Assembly: GCA_002898895.1 (NCBI GenBank)
Contig: BEHS01000002.1
Location: forward strand, 1 to 57,084
Length of the DNA: 57,084 nt
Direction: 5' to 3'
Origin: a bacterium HR16
Lineage (GTDB): Bacteria > Armatimonadota > HRBIN16
Shown in pieces: positions 44,848 through 52,785 of the stretch. Numbering within the stretch: the first letter of the stretch is position 1; every line of letters begins with the position of its first letter. A model generated the notes under the pieces. That model was given only the letters and a program-made list of their open reading frames with translations. It did no database searches and was not told the origin of the DNA. The position numbers and the translations under genes were made by a program.

Positions 44848-45463
44848 TCGGATTACCTCCCGGACGCAAGGTCACTATTTTGCCGTCTTTTTCGAGAACG
44901 ATTCCTTCGCGCAACACCGTACGCAACACATAGCCGCCTTCCAGCTGACTGCCCGGCTGTGCGATGCGCTGGCTGCCATTCTCCTGGCGCAGTATCGCCA
45001 CCGGATACTCGCCCACCACCACGCCGGTTACCGAAATGCTCGGTTCCGATTCGGGCTGAGGTGCAGGCACGGGCTGAGTGTTTACAGATGGGCTTGCGTT
45101 GCCCGATCCTGCCGACACAGCACCGACCGGCATCGGTGGTAATGCGCTGATGTTTGGTGCCGACGCCATTCGTGGAGGCGCAGGGCGCGCGGTCTGTGCC
45201 TGTGACCGCTTCAGGTTATCGAACTGCGGCGGTATCACAAAGGGGTCGCGCGCCGGTTCGGACGAACTGAGCCAGGGCGGCGCGGTTGTCTGTTGCTCCG
45301 CCTCTTTTGCCGATTGAGCGGAGGCGGTCGTTGCCGAGCTCTTAGTGCTGGCGCCGGTGGAACCGGCGAAGAACATCTGGTAGACTGCATAGCCGATGGC
45401 TGCCAGGAACAGAACGCCCAGCACGGTAACCTGCTGTAACTGCTTGCGGTCAAGTGTTTTCAT
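44837..45463 (-). CDS. PilP-like pilus assembly protein (single TM, Pro/Ala/Ser-rich linker, C-terminal beta domain)
   Basis: Lies between pilO and pilQ with overlapping stops and starts. The C-terminus VTGVVVGEYPVAILRQENGSQRIAQPGSQLEGGYVLRTVLREGIVLEKDGK is PilP/GspC-like. Confidence 0.5.
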   Translation of the reverse strand: MKTLDRKQLQQVTVLGVLFLAAIGYAVYQMFFAGSTGASTKSSATTASAQSAKEAEQQTTAPPWLSSSEPARDPFVIPPQFDNLKRSQAQTARPAPPRMASAPNISALPPMPVGAVSAGSGNASPSVNTQPVPAPQPESEPSISVTGVVVGEYPVAILRQENGSQRIAQPGSQLEGGYVLRTVLREGIVLEKDGKIVTLRPGGNPNAK

Positions 45464-46098
45464 GGCTGCGCACCTCCTTCCGAGGTACGGAAGATGAAAG
45501 CACTCAGCGTGAACTGAGCCTCTACCTCAAAGGGGTCTGTCGGGTCCTTGCGCTGACGCGGTCGAAACTGCACACGCTCCACCGCCAGAATCTTGGGGAA
45601 GCGGGTCAGCCCTTCTGTAAAACGCATGACGTTCCAGAACTGCCCCCGCACGGAAACGTCGATAACCTGTTTCTCGTAAGGCTCGGCAGGCTTCTTCTTC
45701 TCGCTCCGTTTCTGTTCACCATCTTCCTGTTGAGCCTTTTGAGCGGGTTGCTCATTAGCGGGGCGCACCGACAGCACCGTTAGCTGGTACGACTTCGCGC
45801 TGGACTCGAGCTGCTTCAGCAGGGTGGGGATGTATGCGCGTTCGCTGACCGACATCTCCAGGTGTTGCAGCTTTTGCGAGATATTTTGATACTGTTGCTG
45901 GGTCTGCTCGAGCCGTTGGGCGATAGTTCTGCCCTCTTCCACCTGCTTTTCCGCAGCCAGCACCCGACTTTGCAGGGCGATGTAGCCGGTATATTGCCAG
46001 TACACGATGCCCGCCCCCAGCAGTAATACCACAACGCAGATGGTTATTAGACCACGCAGAACCGCAGTACCGTCTGAGTTACGAGCTGCCAGTTTCAT
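45460..46098 (-). CDS. pilO: Pilus assembly protein PilO
   Basis: Single TM, coiled coil, then a ferredoxin-like domain. Assignment rests on gene order and size. Confidence 0.7.
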   Translation of the reverse strand: MKLAARNSDGTAVLRGLITICVVVLLLGAGIVYWQYTGYIALQSRVLAAEKQVEEGRTIAQRLEQTQQQYQNISQKLQHLEMSVSERAYIPTLLKQLESSAKSYQLTVLSVRPANEQPAQKAQQEDGEQKRSEKKKPAEPYEKQVIDVSVRGQFWNVMRFTEGLTRFPKILAVERVQFRPRQRKDPTDPFEVEAQFTLSAFIFRTSEGGAQP

Positions 46099-46684
46099 CC
46101 TTGCCCTCCTCTCCTTCGGGCGTCTGCATCCGTGCCGCCACCTCGAAGTCCACCGTCTCGAAGTTGTTGTAGCTGCGCTGCTGAGTGAAGTGCAGGTCGA
46201 CCTTCTCGAAGGTGGGGATGGTGTTCAGACGGAGCATCATCTCCCCAACCTGCTGTTGGGTAAGGGTAGAGCCGGTAAGGGTTATCAGCGTGGTCTGTCC
46301 CTTCTTTTCGCTGTCCTGTACCTGCGAGCTGCTGATACCCGTCAGCCACACATCGGCGGGCAGGCAGCGGGCGATGCCGTTGATGGTCGCGTACCAGCGC
46401 TGGGTGTGTTGTTGTGCCTCGGTGAGAGTGCGCAGTCTTGGCATCAGCGCCTGAGTATCGCGCTCGGTTTTGGCTATCAGGTCCAGGGTGGGCTGTAGCC
46501 GTTTAATCTCCCGTTGTGCACGCTCCAGGCGTGTCTGCAGGGACATCGTTCCCACCCCCAGAAACGAGAAGATGCCTGCCAGCACCGATACTTCTGCAAG
46601 TAGAACGGTCAACAGTCGTTTGCGATTGCGAATCAGGCGCGCCTGCTGTTCTCTGCGCTCCGATATCATATTGATGAGTGGCAT
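46079..46684 (-). CDS. pilN: Pilus assembly protein PilN
   Basis: MPLINMISERREQQARLIRNRKRLLTVLLAEVSVLAGIF..., the typical PilN N-terminus plus a TM segment. Confidence 0.75.
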   Translation of the reverse strand: MPLINMISERREQQARLIRNRKRLLTVLLAEVSVLAGIFSFLGVGTMSLQTRLERAQREIKRLQPTLDLIAKTERDTQALMPRLRTLTEAQQHTQRWYATINGIARCLPADVWLTGISSSQVQDSEKKGQTTLITLTGSTLTQQQVGEMMLRLNTIPTFEKVDLHFTQQRSYNNFETVDFEVAARMQTPEGEEGKDETGSS

Positions 46685-46709
46685 AGCGGTACCTCCTCTC
46701 CCCGTGCGG

Positions 46710-47927
46710 TTATGCAGCCTGACGTTGTCGCTCCGCGAAAGCCTCTCGCACTGCCAGCCCTACTGCAATACCCAGCACAGGGGTAAACATCTGCAGTGCT
46801 TCGGCGGAGATATGCGCGGTGTCGAAATCGGGGTTGTTGAACGGGTCGCCTGGCTCGACCTCCAGGCCCAGCCGCGCTGAAGCATACTCCGCAAAACCGC
46901 CGAGTTGAGAGCTGCCCCCGGTGATAACGAGACTGCTAACCTGCCCTTGGGGACTGCCCTCTGGAAACTGTGATTGATAGTAGTGCAGTGAACGGCGGAC
47001 CTCGCGCAGCAGTTCGTCTGTCTGTGCCTGCAACGCCCGCAACACCGCCTCTTCCTGCTCGTTACTTACGTGCTCCTGAGCGCTCTCTTCATCGCCGGCG
47101 GACGCGCGCGAGCGAGTGCTACGCCGTTTCAACAACTGTCGGAAATCTACCGTTCTCTTGAAACGCTCTGCCTCTGCCCAGCTGCAGCGCAGCACATTTT
47201 GTGTGGTCTGGGTAAAGGCATCACCCGCGATGGGAATGTTGCGCGTCAGGAAAAATCCGTCTCCAGATGCAATGTACAGGTTGGTATATGACGCGCCGAT
47301 GTCTATGATGGCTGCGGGATGTCCTTCCAGCTTTGCGATCGCCACCTTGTTGATTTCGAACAGGGCGCGATACAGCGCGAAAGCTTCTACCTCGATTGCC
47401 AGCGCCTCCAGACCTGCCAGCTCCATGGTGCGAATCTGCGCATCTACCATCTCACGCGGTGCTACTACCAGCAGTACCTGCATCTGCTTCTCCGCGTTCT
47501 CTTCCTGTTCGCCCTCTGCAGGAACATGCTCCATATCGCCGAGGATTTCAAAACCGACGTAGCTGTCCTCGATAGAGGTGGAAACATATTTGCTTGCTTC
47601 ATACCGAATCGTTTTGCGCAGCATCGCTTCGGTCATTTTGGGCAGGGTGACCTGTCGGACAATGACCGACGCACCGGCGATAGCGGTAATGGCGGCAGAG
47701 GCACGGAAAGCGTTTTCGCGCAGAAGCCGTTTAATAGCCTCTGCTACCTCTTGCGGCTGCACGATAACGCCGTCACGGATGGCATCGGCTGGAGTAGGGC
47801 ACTGCGCGATTTGCAAAAGCCTCCATCCGGTGCGGGTAGGTTCCACCTGCACCGCCTTGATTGCGTAACTGCCCAGGTCCAGCCCGATGACGCTCTGTTT
47901 GTTGAAAACTCCCTTCCAACGAGCCAT
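46710..47927 (-). CDS. pilM: Pilus assembly ATPase-fold protein PilM
   Basis: SVIGLDLGSYAIKAVQVE...IDIGASYTNL...ITGGSSQLGG (actin-like fold), with an acidic/basic insert at RRSTRSRASAGDEESAQEHVSNEQEE. Confidence 0.85.
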   Translation of the reverse strand: MARWKGVFNKQSVIGLDLGSYAIKAVQVEPTRTGWRLLQIAQCPTPADAIRDGVIVQPQEVAEAIKRLLRENAFRASAAITAIAGASVIVRQVTLPKMTEAMLRKTIRYEASKYVSTSIEDSYVGFEILGDMEHVPAEGEQEENAEKQMQVLLVVAPREMVDAQIRTMELAGLEALAIEVEAFALYRALFEINKVAIAKLEGHPAAIIDIGASYTNLYIASGDGFFLTRNIPIAGDAFTQTTQNVLRCSWAEAERFKRTVDFRQLLKRRSTRSRASAGDEESAQEHVSNEQEEAVLRALQAQTDELLREVRRSLHYYQSQFPEGSPQGQVSSLVITGGSSQLGGFAEYASARLGLEVEPGDPFNNPDFDTAHISAEALQMFTPVLGIAVGLAVREAFAERQRQAA

Positions 47928-48179
47928 TGGCTGCCACCTCTTCTACCCCGGGCAACGCCCCGGGTGCGTGTGAGGAATCCTTCCACACTTGGACGGGTGG
48001 ACAGGACGACCCTCATGCTGAATTATCGTGAAACTGGTAAAAAAACTGGAGAGCAGAGGAGAATATTGCATGATATTGCGGTATTGGTGGGGTGTCAGGC
48101 GTTTATCTCAGCATCGTCACTCTGGATGGCGAACCTCCGGGTAAGCCGGTTTAGCCCTTCAGACGCTTGTCTTGGACGC

Positions 48180-48192
48180 TGTGGTATAATCT
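48180..48192 (+). promoter_or_regulatory. Extended -10 promoter element upstream of hicB
   Basis: TGTGGTATAATCT, with TATAAT at 48185-48190, ending 17 nt before ATG 48210. Confidence 0.4.
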
Positions 48193-48209
48193 TCACGGGT
48201 GAATCTCCT

Positions 48210-48452
48210 ATGTTAACACGATACATTCAAAAAGCGATGGAACAGGCTCATTACGAACTATTGCCAGAAGATAAGCTGTACTACGGCGAGATTCCGGGCT
48301 TCGATGGAGTTTGGGCGACGGGAACAACGTTAGAGGCATGTCGTAATGAGCTGCAGGAAGTACTGGAGGAATGGATTCTGCTAAGGGTTGCTCGCCACCT
48401 GCCTCTTCCTTTTGTGGGAGACATTCGTTTACAGTTGTCTGAGGTCAGTTAA
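48210..48452 (+). CDS. hicB: HicB-family antitoxin (short, UPF0150-like domain only)
   Basis: MLTRYIQKAMEQAHYELLPEDKLYYGEIPGFDGVWATGTTLEACRNELQEVLEEWILL.... The stop overlaps the next ATG (TAATG). Confidence 0.7.
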   Translation: MLTRYIQKAMEQAHYELLPEDKLYYGEIPGFDGVWATGTTLEACRNELQEVLEEWILLRVARHLPLPFVGDIRLQLSEVS

Positions 48453-48666
48453 TGCCGCGTTTCGATGCCACCAGCCGAAATGACCTGATCCACTACTTGC
48501 GCCGATTGGGGTTCGACGGACCGTTTTCAGGCGGCAAACACCAGTTCATGCAACGGGGCGGGCGTACGGTGCGTTTACCCAATCCAAAGGTGACATCAGC
48601 GCAGGTCTGCTTTCTCGAATACTGAAGCAAGCAGGTATCACCCGGCAAGAGTGGGAAGAGTTATAG
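48452..48666 (+). pseudogene. hicA: HicA-family toxin gene interrupted by a frameshift
   Basis: From ATG 48452: MPRFDATSRNDLIHYLRRLGFDGPFSGGKHQFMQRGGRTVRLPNP, then out-of-family residues and TGA at 48625. Shifting one nucleotide after PNP restores KGDISAGLLSRILKQAGITRQEWEEL, with a stop at 48666. Confidence 0.6.
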
Positions 48667-48684
48667 GGATTGCTCCTTCGTCCA

Positions 48685-48722
48685 CCTTCGCAGGGTTACT
48701 GTAGCCAGCGCAGGCTGGCTTC
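48685..48722. repeat. Family C repeat copy (inverted relative to 22172-22207)
   Basis: The reverse complement GAAGCCAGCCTGCGCTGGCTACAGTAACCCTGCGAAGG aligns with GAAGCCAGCCTGCACTGGCTGAGAACCCTGCGAAGG. Confidence 0.55.
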
Positions 48723-48757
48723 GTTTGTAGGGGAACGGCTAGACACCATATCCAACT

Positions 48758-48933
48758 CGGCTCGGACGGAGCCTCGCCCTCCACGCAATTGGATTGGAGG
48801 GTCGCGCTCCGTCGCGACCACCACATTCAGGATGCGACAGAGCGCATTCCTCCAAGCAAACACCAGTCCCACTGGAGGGTCGCACTCCGTCGCCACCGAA
48901 AACCTAACCGGCTCAGGCGGAGCCGCGCCCTCC
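48758..48933. repeat. Composite REP cluster (BIME-like): A(-) B(+) B(-) B(+) A(-)
   Basis: Class A units at 48758-48782 and 48909-48933. Class B units (GGAGGGTCGCGCTCCGTCGCGACC and variants, hairpin GTCGCG/CGCGAC) at 48796-48819, 48830-48853 (inverted) and 48874-48897. Confidence 0.65.
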
Positions 48934-48946
48934 AGTGCTGGATTCG

Positions 48947-49765
48947 CTAGCTCATCACGCGCATATCGATCACCGCCGTTAAGCCCACGCCGTTTACACG
49001 ACGCAGCTTCAGCGGGTTGAGGTCGTCGGTGGGGATGAGGATCTTCACGCGGAACATGCCGTTGGAGAAGAGGTCCTCATACTGCCACACGCCGGCCACC
49101 TTGTTCACATCGGCAGAAGCTCCCGAAATTTGTGCCCCGCCGATGTAGGCGTTTTCGCCCAGCGTCGCCATTGGGATAACCTTCGTGAACTCCTCGGCGT
49201 TCTTGCGCAGGCTCAGCTTGTTAATCAGCTCGTTCAGCTGGTTGCCTGCGTTCTTGACCGCGACCGCCACCGCCGCGGCAGCGATGACCTCCTTGCCCCC
49301 CAGCCCCTTCGGGTGGGTGACCTTGAAGCCGCCCTCTAACGCCACGTCAATCAGCGCGGAGATACCCACCTTCTCCACGCGGCGCAAGCCAGTCAGGCTG
49401 TCACTGGGAACCAGTACCTTGATGCGGAACCGGTCCAGCGACTCCTCAAGCTGAAACACCGCCTGCACCTTGTTCACCGCCGCTTTCGGACCCATCACCT
49501 GTGCCGCGCCGACATAGCCCTTGTCGCCAATGCTGAGTATCGGCACCACCTTCGTCGCCTGGTTCACCGGCACGTTGTGGCGGATGGTGATTTCGTTGAT
49601 GAACTTATCCAGCGCTTTAGCGTTCTGCTTGACCAGGTAGCCAATACCCACCAGCTTCAGTCCGCCTCGCAGGATCTTGCCCAGGTCCTGTGCGCTGCTC
49701 CACTCCGACAGGTTGACGGTCAGTAAGAAGACCATCGCTGTCACGAGTACCAGTACGCGTTTCAT
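48947..49765 (-). CDS. Secreted protein of unknown function built from two tandem ~115-aa repeats
   Basis: Signal peptide MKRVLVLVTAMVFLLTVNLSEWSSAQ. Repeat motifs align as TKVVPILSIGDKGYVGAAQV..VNKV..FRIKVLVPSD..LRRVEKVGISALIDV versus TKVIPMATLGENAYIGGAQI..VNKV..FRVKILIPTD..LRRVNGVGLTAVIDM. Confidence 0.7.
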   Translation of the reverse strand: MKRVLVLVTAMVFLLTVNLSEWSSAQDLGKILRGGLKLVGIGYLVKQNAKALDKFINEITIRHNVPVNQATKVVPILSIGDKGYVGAAQVMGPKAAVNKVQAVFQLEESLDRFRIKVLVPSDSLTGLRRVEKVGISALIDVALEGGFKVTHPKGLGGKEVIAAAAVAVAVKNAGNQLNELINKLSLRKNAEEFTKVIPMATLGENAYIGGAQISGASADVNKVAGVWQYEDLFSNGMFRVKILIPTDDLNPLKLRRVNGVGLTAVIDMRVMS

Positions 49766-49779
49766 CGGGACACCTCCTG

Positions 49780-50655
49780 TCAGGTGCGGTTCGTCAGTGC
49801 CTGTTTGACCAGCGCCGGTATCTCATAGAGCGCATCTGCAACCGGCACGCCTGCCGAACGCAGGGCATCCACTTTCGCCTGTGGAGTGCCGGTGCGCCCC
49901 GAGATAATCGCTCCCGCGTGCCCCATACGCTTACCCGGTGGTGCGGTGCGTCCGGAGATAAAGCCGATGACCGGCTTGCGCATCGTGCGGATGTACTCCG
50001 CCGCAATCTCCTCATCCGAGCCACCGATTTCACCCACCAGCACCACCGCCTGCGTGTCCGGGTCCTCTTCGAACAGCGGAAGCAGGTCCACAAACGTGCT
50101 ACCAAGCACCGGGTCACCGCCTATTCCTATACAGGTAGACTGTCCCAGTCCTGCTTTAGTTAGCAGGTCTACGATTTCGTAGGTGAGCGTGCCACTGCGT
50201 GAGATAAGCCCAACCGGCCCGGGCGTGAAGATGTTGCCCGGCATAATGCCGATTTTGCACTGCCCGGCGGTCATCATGCCCGGACAGTTGGGACCGATGA
50301 GGCGCACTCCCTTCTGACGAACAAGAGCCACCGTTTTGACCATGTCCTGCACAGGGATGCCTTCGGTAATACACACGATGAGGCGAATACCGGCATCCGC
50401 TGCCTCTAATACCGCGTCTGCCGCGAAGGGGGCTGGCACAAAAATCACGGAGGCATCTGCACCCGTTGCCGACACTGCCTGTTTCACCGTGTCGAACACG
50501 GGCACGCCCAGCACCTCCTGCCCCCCCTTGCCCGGGGTTACTCCTGCTACAACCTGCGTGCCGTAGTCCAGCATCTGCCGGGTGTGGAACTCACCTTCGC
50601 GTCCGGTGATGCCCTGCACCAGCACGCGCGTGTTTTTGTCAATCAGCACTGCCAT
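49780..50655 (-). CDS. sucD: Succinyl-CoA synthetase alpha subunit
   Basis: [45 protein letters not shown]...MGHAGAI. Confidence 0.95.
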   Translation of the reverse strand: MAVLIDKNTRVLVQGITGREGEFHTRQMLDYGTQVVAGVTPGKGGQEVLGVPVFDTVKQAVSATGADASVIFVPAPFAADAVLEAADAGIRLIVCITEGIPVQDMVKTVALVRQKGVRLIGPNCPGMMTAGQCKIGIMPGNIFTPGPVGLISRSGTLTYEIVDLLTKAGLGQSTCIGIGGDPVLGSTFVDLLPLFEEDPDTQAVVLVGEIGGSDEEIAAEYIRTMRKPVIGFISGRTAPPGKRMGHAGAIISGRTGTPQAKVDALRSAGVPVADALYEIPALVKQALTNRT

Positions 50656-51803
50656 CAGCGCGTCACCTCCACGATTTTGCGTGCCGCCTCCTGCATCGTC
50701 ACCGCCGGGATCAGCCCCGTGCCCTGCAGCAGCGCCAGCCCCTCTTCGGCTCGTGTGCCTGCTAGCCGGATGACAATGGGCACTTGCACCTGCAGGCTGT
50801 GGATGCCCTCCAGGATGCCCTTCGCCACCTCGTCGCCGCGCGTGATACCGCCAAACACGTTGAACAGCACACCCTTTACGTTGGGATCCATCAGCACAAT
50901 CTCCAGCGCATTGCGCACCAGGTCTGCCTTCGCACCGCCGCCGATGTCCAAGAAGTTAGCAGGCTTACCCCCGGCGCGGCTTACCTCATCTAACGTGCTC
51001 ATCACCAGTCCCGCGCCGTTGCCGATGATACCGATGTCGCCGCCCAGCCGCACGTACTGGATGCCTCGCCGGTGCGCTTCGGCTTCAATGGGGTCTTCCT
51101 CGCTTTCCTCTTTGTACTCGCCGAACTCGGGATGCCGGAAGAGGGCGTTGTCGTCGATGTTCAGTTTCGCGTCGGCGGCAAGGCACTGTCCGTCGGTGGT
51201 CAGCACGAAGGGGTTAATCTCCGCCAGCGAGGCGTCACTGCCCACGTACGCTTTGTACAGCGCAAGCAGGAACCTTGTGGCGGTGGATACAGCCTCTCGT
51301 GCGATGCCCGCATCGTATAGCGCCTGCCGCGCCTGATAGGGCATCAGTCCCTGCCAGGGTTCCACCCACACCTTCACGATGGCGTCGGGATGCTCTTCCG
51401 CGACCTGCTCGATGTCCATCCCGCCCATCGCGCTCACCATCACCACATCACGTTGCCTGGCGCGGTCTAAGGTGATGCCCAGATAGTACTCCTGCGCGAT
51501 AGAGATGGCTTCTTCCACCAGCACTTTGTGCACCGGCACGCCCTGAGGCGCCTGTGGAGTAACCAGGCGTGAGCCGATGAGGGCGCGGGCATGTTGCTCC
51601 GCCTGCTCCGGCGTGTCTGCCAGACGGATGCCGCCCGCTTTGCCTCGCCCTCCCGCGTGTACCTGCGCCTTAACGACCACGCGCCCGCCCAGCTCCTGCG
51701 CGATTGCTCGCGCTTCCTCGGGAGTAGAAGCCACGCGCCCACGCGGAACCGCTACACCGTAGCGCGCCAGCACCTCTTTCGCCTGATATTCATGGATTTT
51801 CAA
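50655..51803 (-). CDS. sucC: Succinyl-CoA synthetase beta subunit
   Basis: (L)[21 protein letters not shown].... The TTG start at 51803 lies 8 nt after GGAGGG; the track ATG at 51860 adds a non-family extension. Confidence 0.93.
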   Translation of the reverse strand: MKIHEYQAKEVLARYGVAVPRGRVASTPEEARAIAQELGGRVVVKAQVHAGGRGKAGGIRLADTPEQAEQHARALIGSRLVTPQAPQGVPVHKVLVEEAISIAQEYYLGITLDRARQRDVVMVSAMGGMDIEQVAEEHPDAIVKVWVEPWQGLMPYQARQALYDAGIAREAVSTATRFLLALYKAYVGSDASLAEINPFVLTTDGQCLAADAKLNIDDNALFRHPEFGEYKEESEEDPIEAEAHRRGIQYVRLGGDIGIIGNGAGLVMSTLDEVSRAGGKPANFLDIGGGAKADLVRNALEIVLMDPNVKGVLFNVFGGITRGDEVAKGILEGIHSLQVQVPIVIRLAGTRAEEGLALLQGTGLIPAVTMQEAARKIVEVTR

Positions 51804-51945
51804 ACCGGTTGCCCTCCTCGTGCTAAGTATCTGTGCAAGTTTCCACTGCAGCGCGGGCATCTATCCTACACACCTGCCGCACTCCGCAGTAGTAATTTAC
51901 TCCCGTAAAGAGGTTCTCCTGCCGGGAACAAACGAGGAGAAGGCG

Positions 51946-52785
51946 TTATCCCTTCTTCTTTGCCACCCAGAGGGTATACAGCTCCCTTCTGGATATGCCA
52001 CTGCGCTTTGCCGCTTCCTTCAGTGCCTCCTTCTCGGTCATGCCTTGCGCCATCAGCTCTGCAACCGTCTGTAGCGGGTCTTCTGCGGGAGGCATCGGTT
52101 CCTCCTGCCGGGGGAGCAGAACCAGTGTGAACTCGCCGCGAGGAGGCACCTGCTCGAAGTGTGCCAGCCATTCGGTGACCTTTGCCGAACGCGCCTCCTC
52201 GAACTGCTTGGTCAGCTCGCGGGCGATGAACAGCTCGCGGTCGCCCAGCACTTCCAGCACATCCTTCAGCAGGTCGCGCAGGCGATGGGGCGCCTCGAAC
52301 CACACCACTGCCCTGTGCTCACCCGCCAGCGAGTGCAGGTACACACGTCGCTCCTTCGCCTTACGTGGGGGGAAGCCGTCGAACACAAACCGTCCTTCAG
52401 GCAGACCCGCGAGGCTCACCGCCGCCGTCACTGCGGATGCGCCGGGCACACACACCACCGGGTACCCTTCCTCACGCGCGCGGCGAATCAATACACTGCC
52501 CGGGTCGCTGAGCGTGGGCGTGCCCGCATCGGTTACCAGCGCGATGCTCTCGCCCGCGTGCAATCGCTGTAGCAGTTGCTCGATTTTGGCAGGAGGCGAG
52601 TATTCATGCAGGCTGGTGAGCGGTGTGTGGATGTCGTAATGGCTCAGCAGTTTTCGCGTCACGCGGGTGTCCTCCGCTGCGATGAGGTTCACTCCCCGCA
52701 GAACGCGCAAAGCACGCAGAGTAATGTCCTCCAGGTTGCCGATAGGCGTTGCCACCACGTACAGCACGCCTGCGGTGTCTACCAC
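51946..52785 (-). CDS. rsmI: 16S rRNA (cytidine1402-2'-O)-methyltransferase
   Basis: LYVVATPIGNLEDITLRALRVLRGVNLIAAEDTRVTRKLL.... Confidence 0.88.
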   Translation of the reverse strand: MVDTAGVLYVVATPIGNLEDITLRALRVLRGVNLIAAEDTRVTRKLLSHYDIHTPLTSLHEYSPPAKIEQLLQRLHAGESIALVTDAGTPTLSDPGSVLIRRAREEGYPVVCVPGASAVTAAVSLAGLPEGRFVFDGFPPRKAKERRVYLHSLAGEHRAVVWFEAPHRLRDLLKDVLEVLGDRELFIARELTKQFEEARSAKVTEWLAHFEQVPPRGEFTLVLLPRQEEPMPPAEDPLQTVAELMAQGMTEKEALKEAAKRSGISRRELYTLWVAKKKG

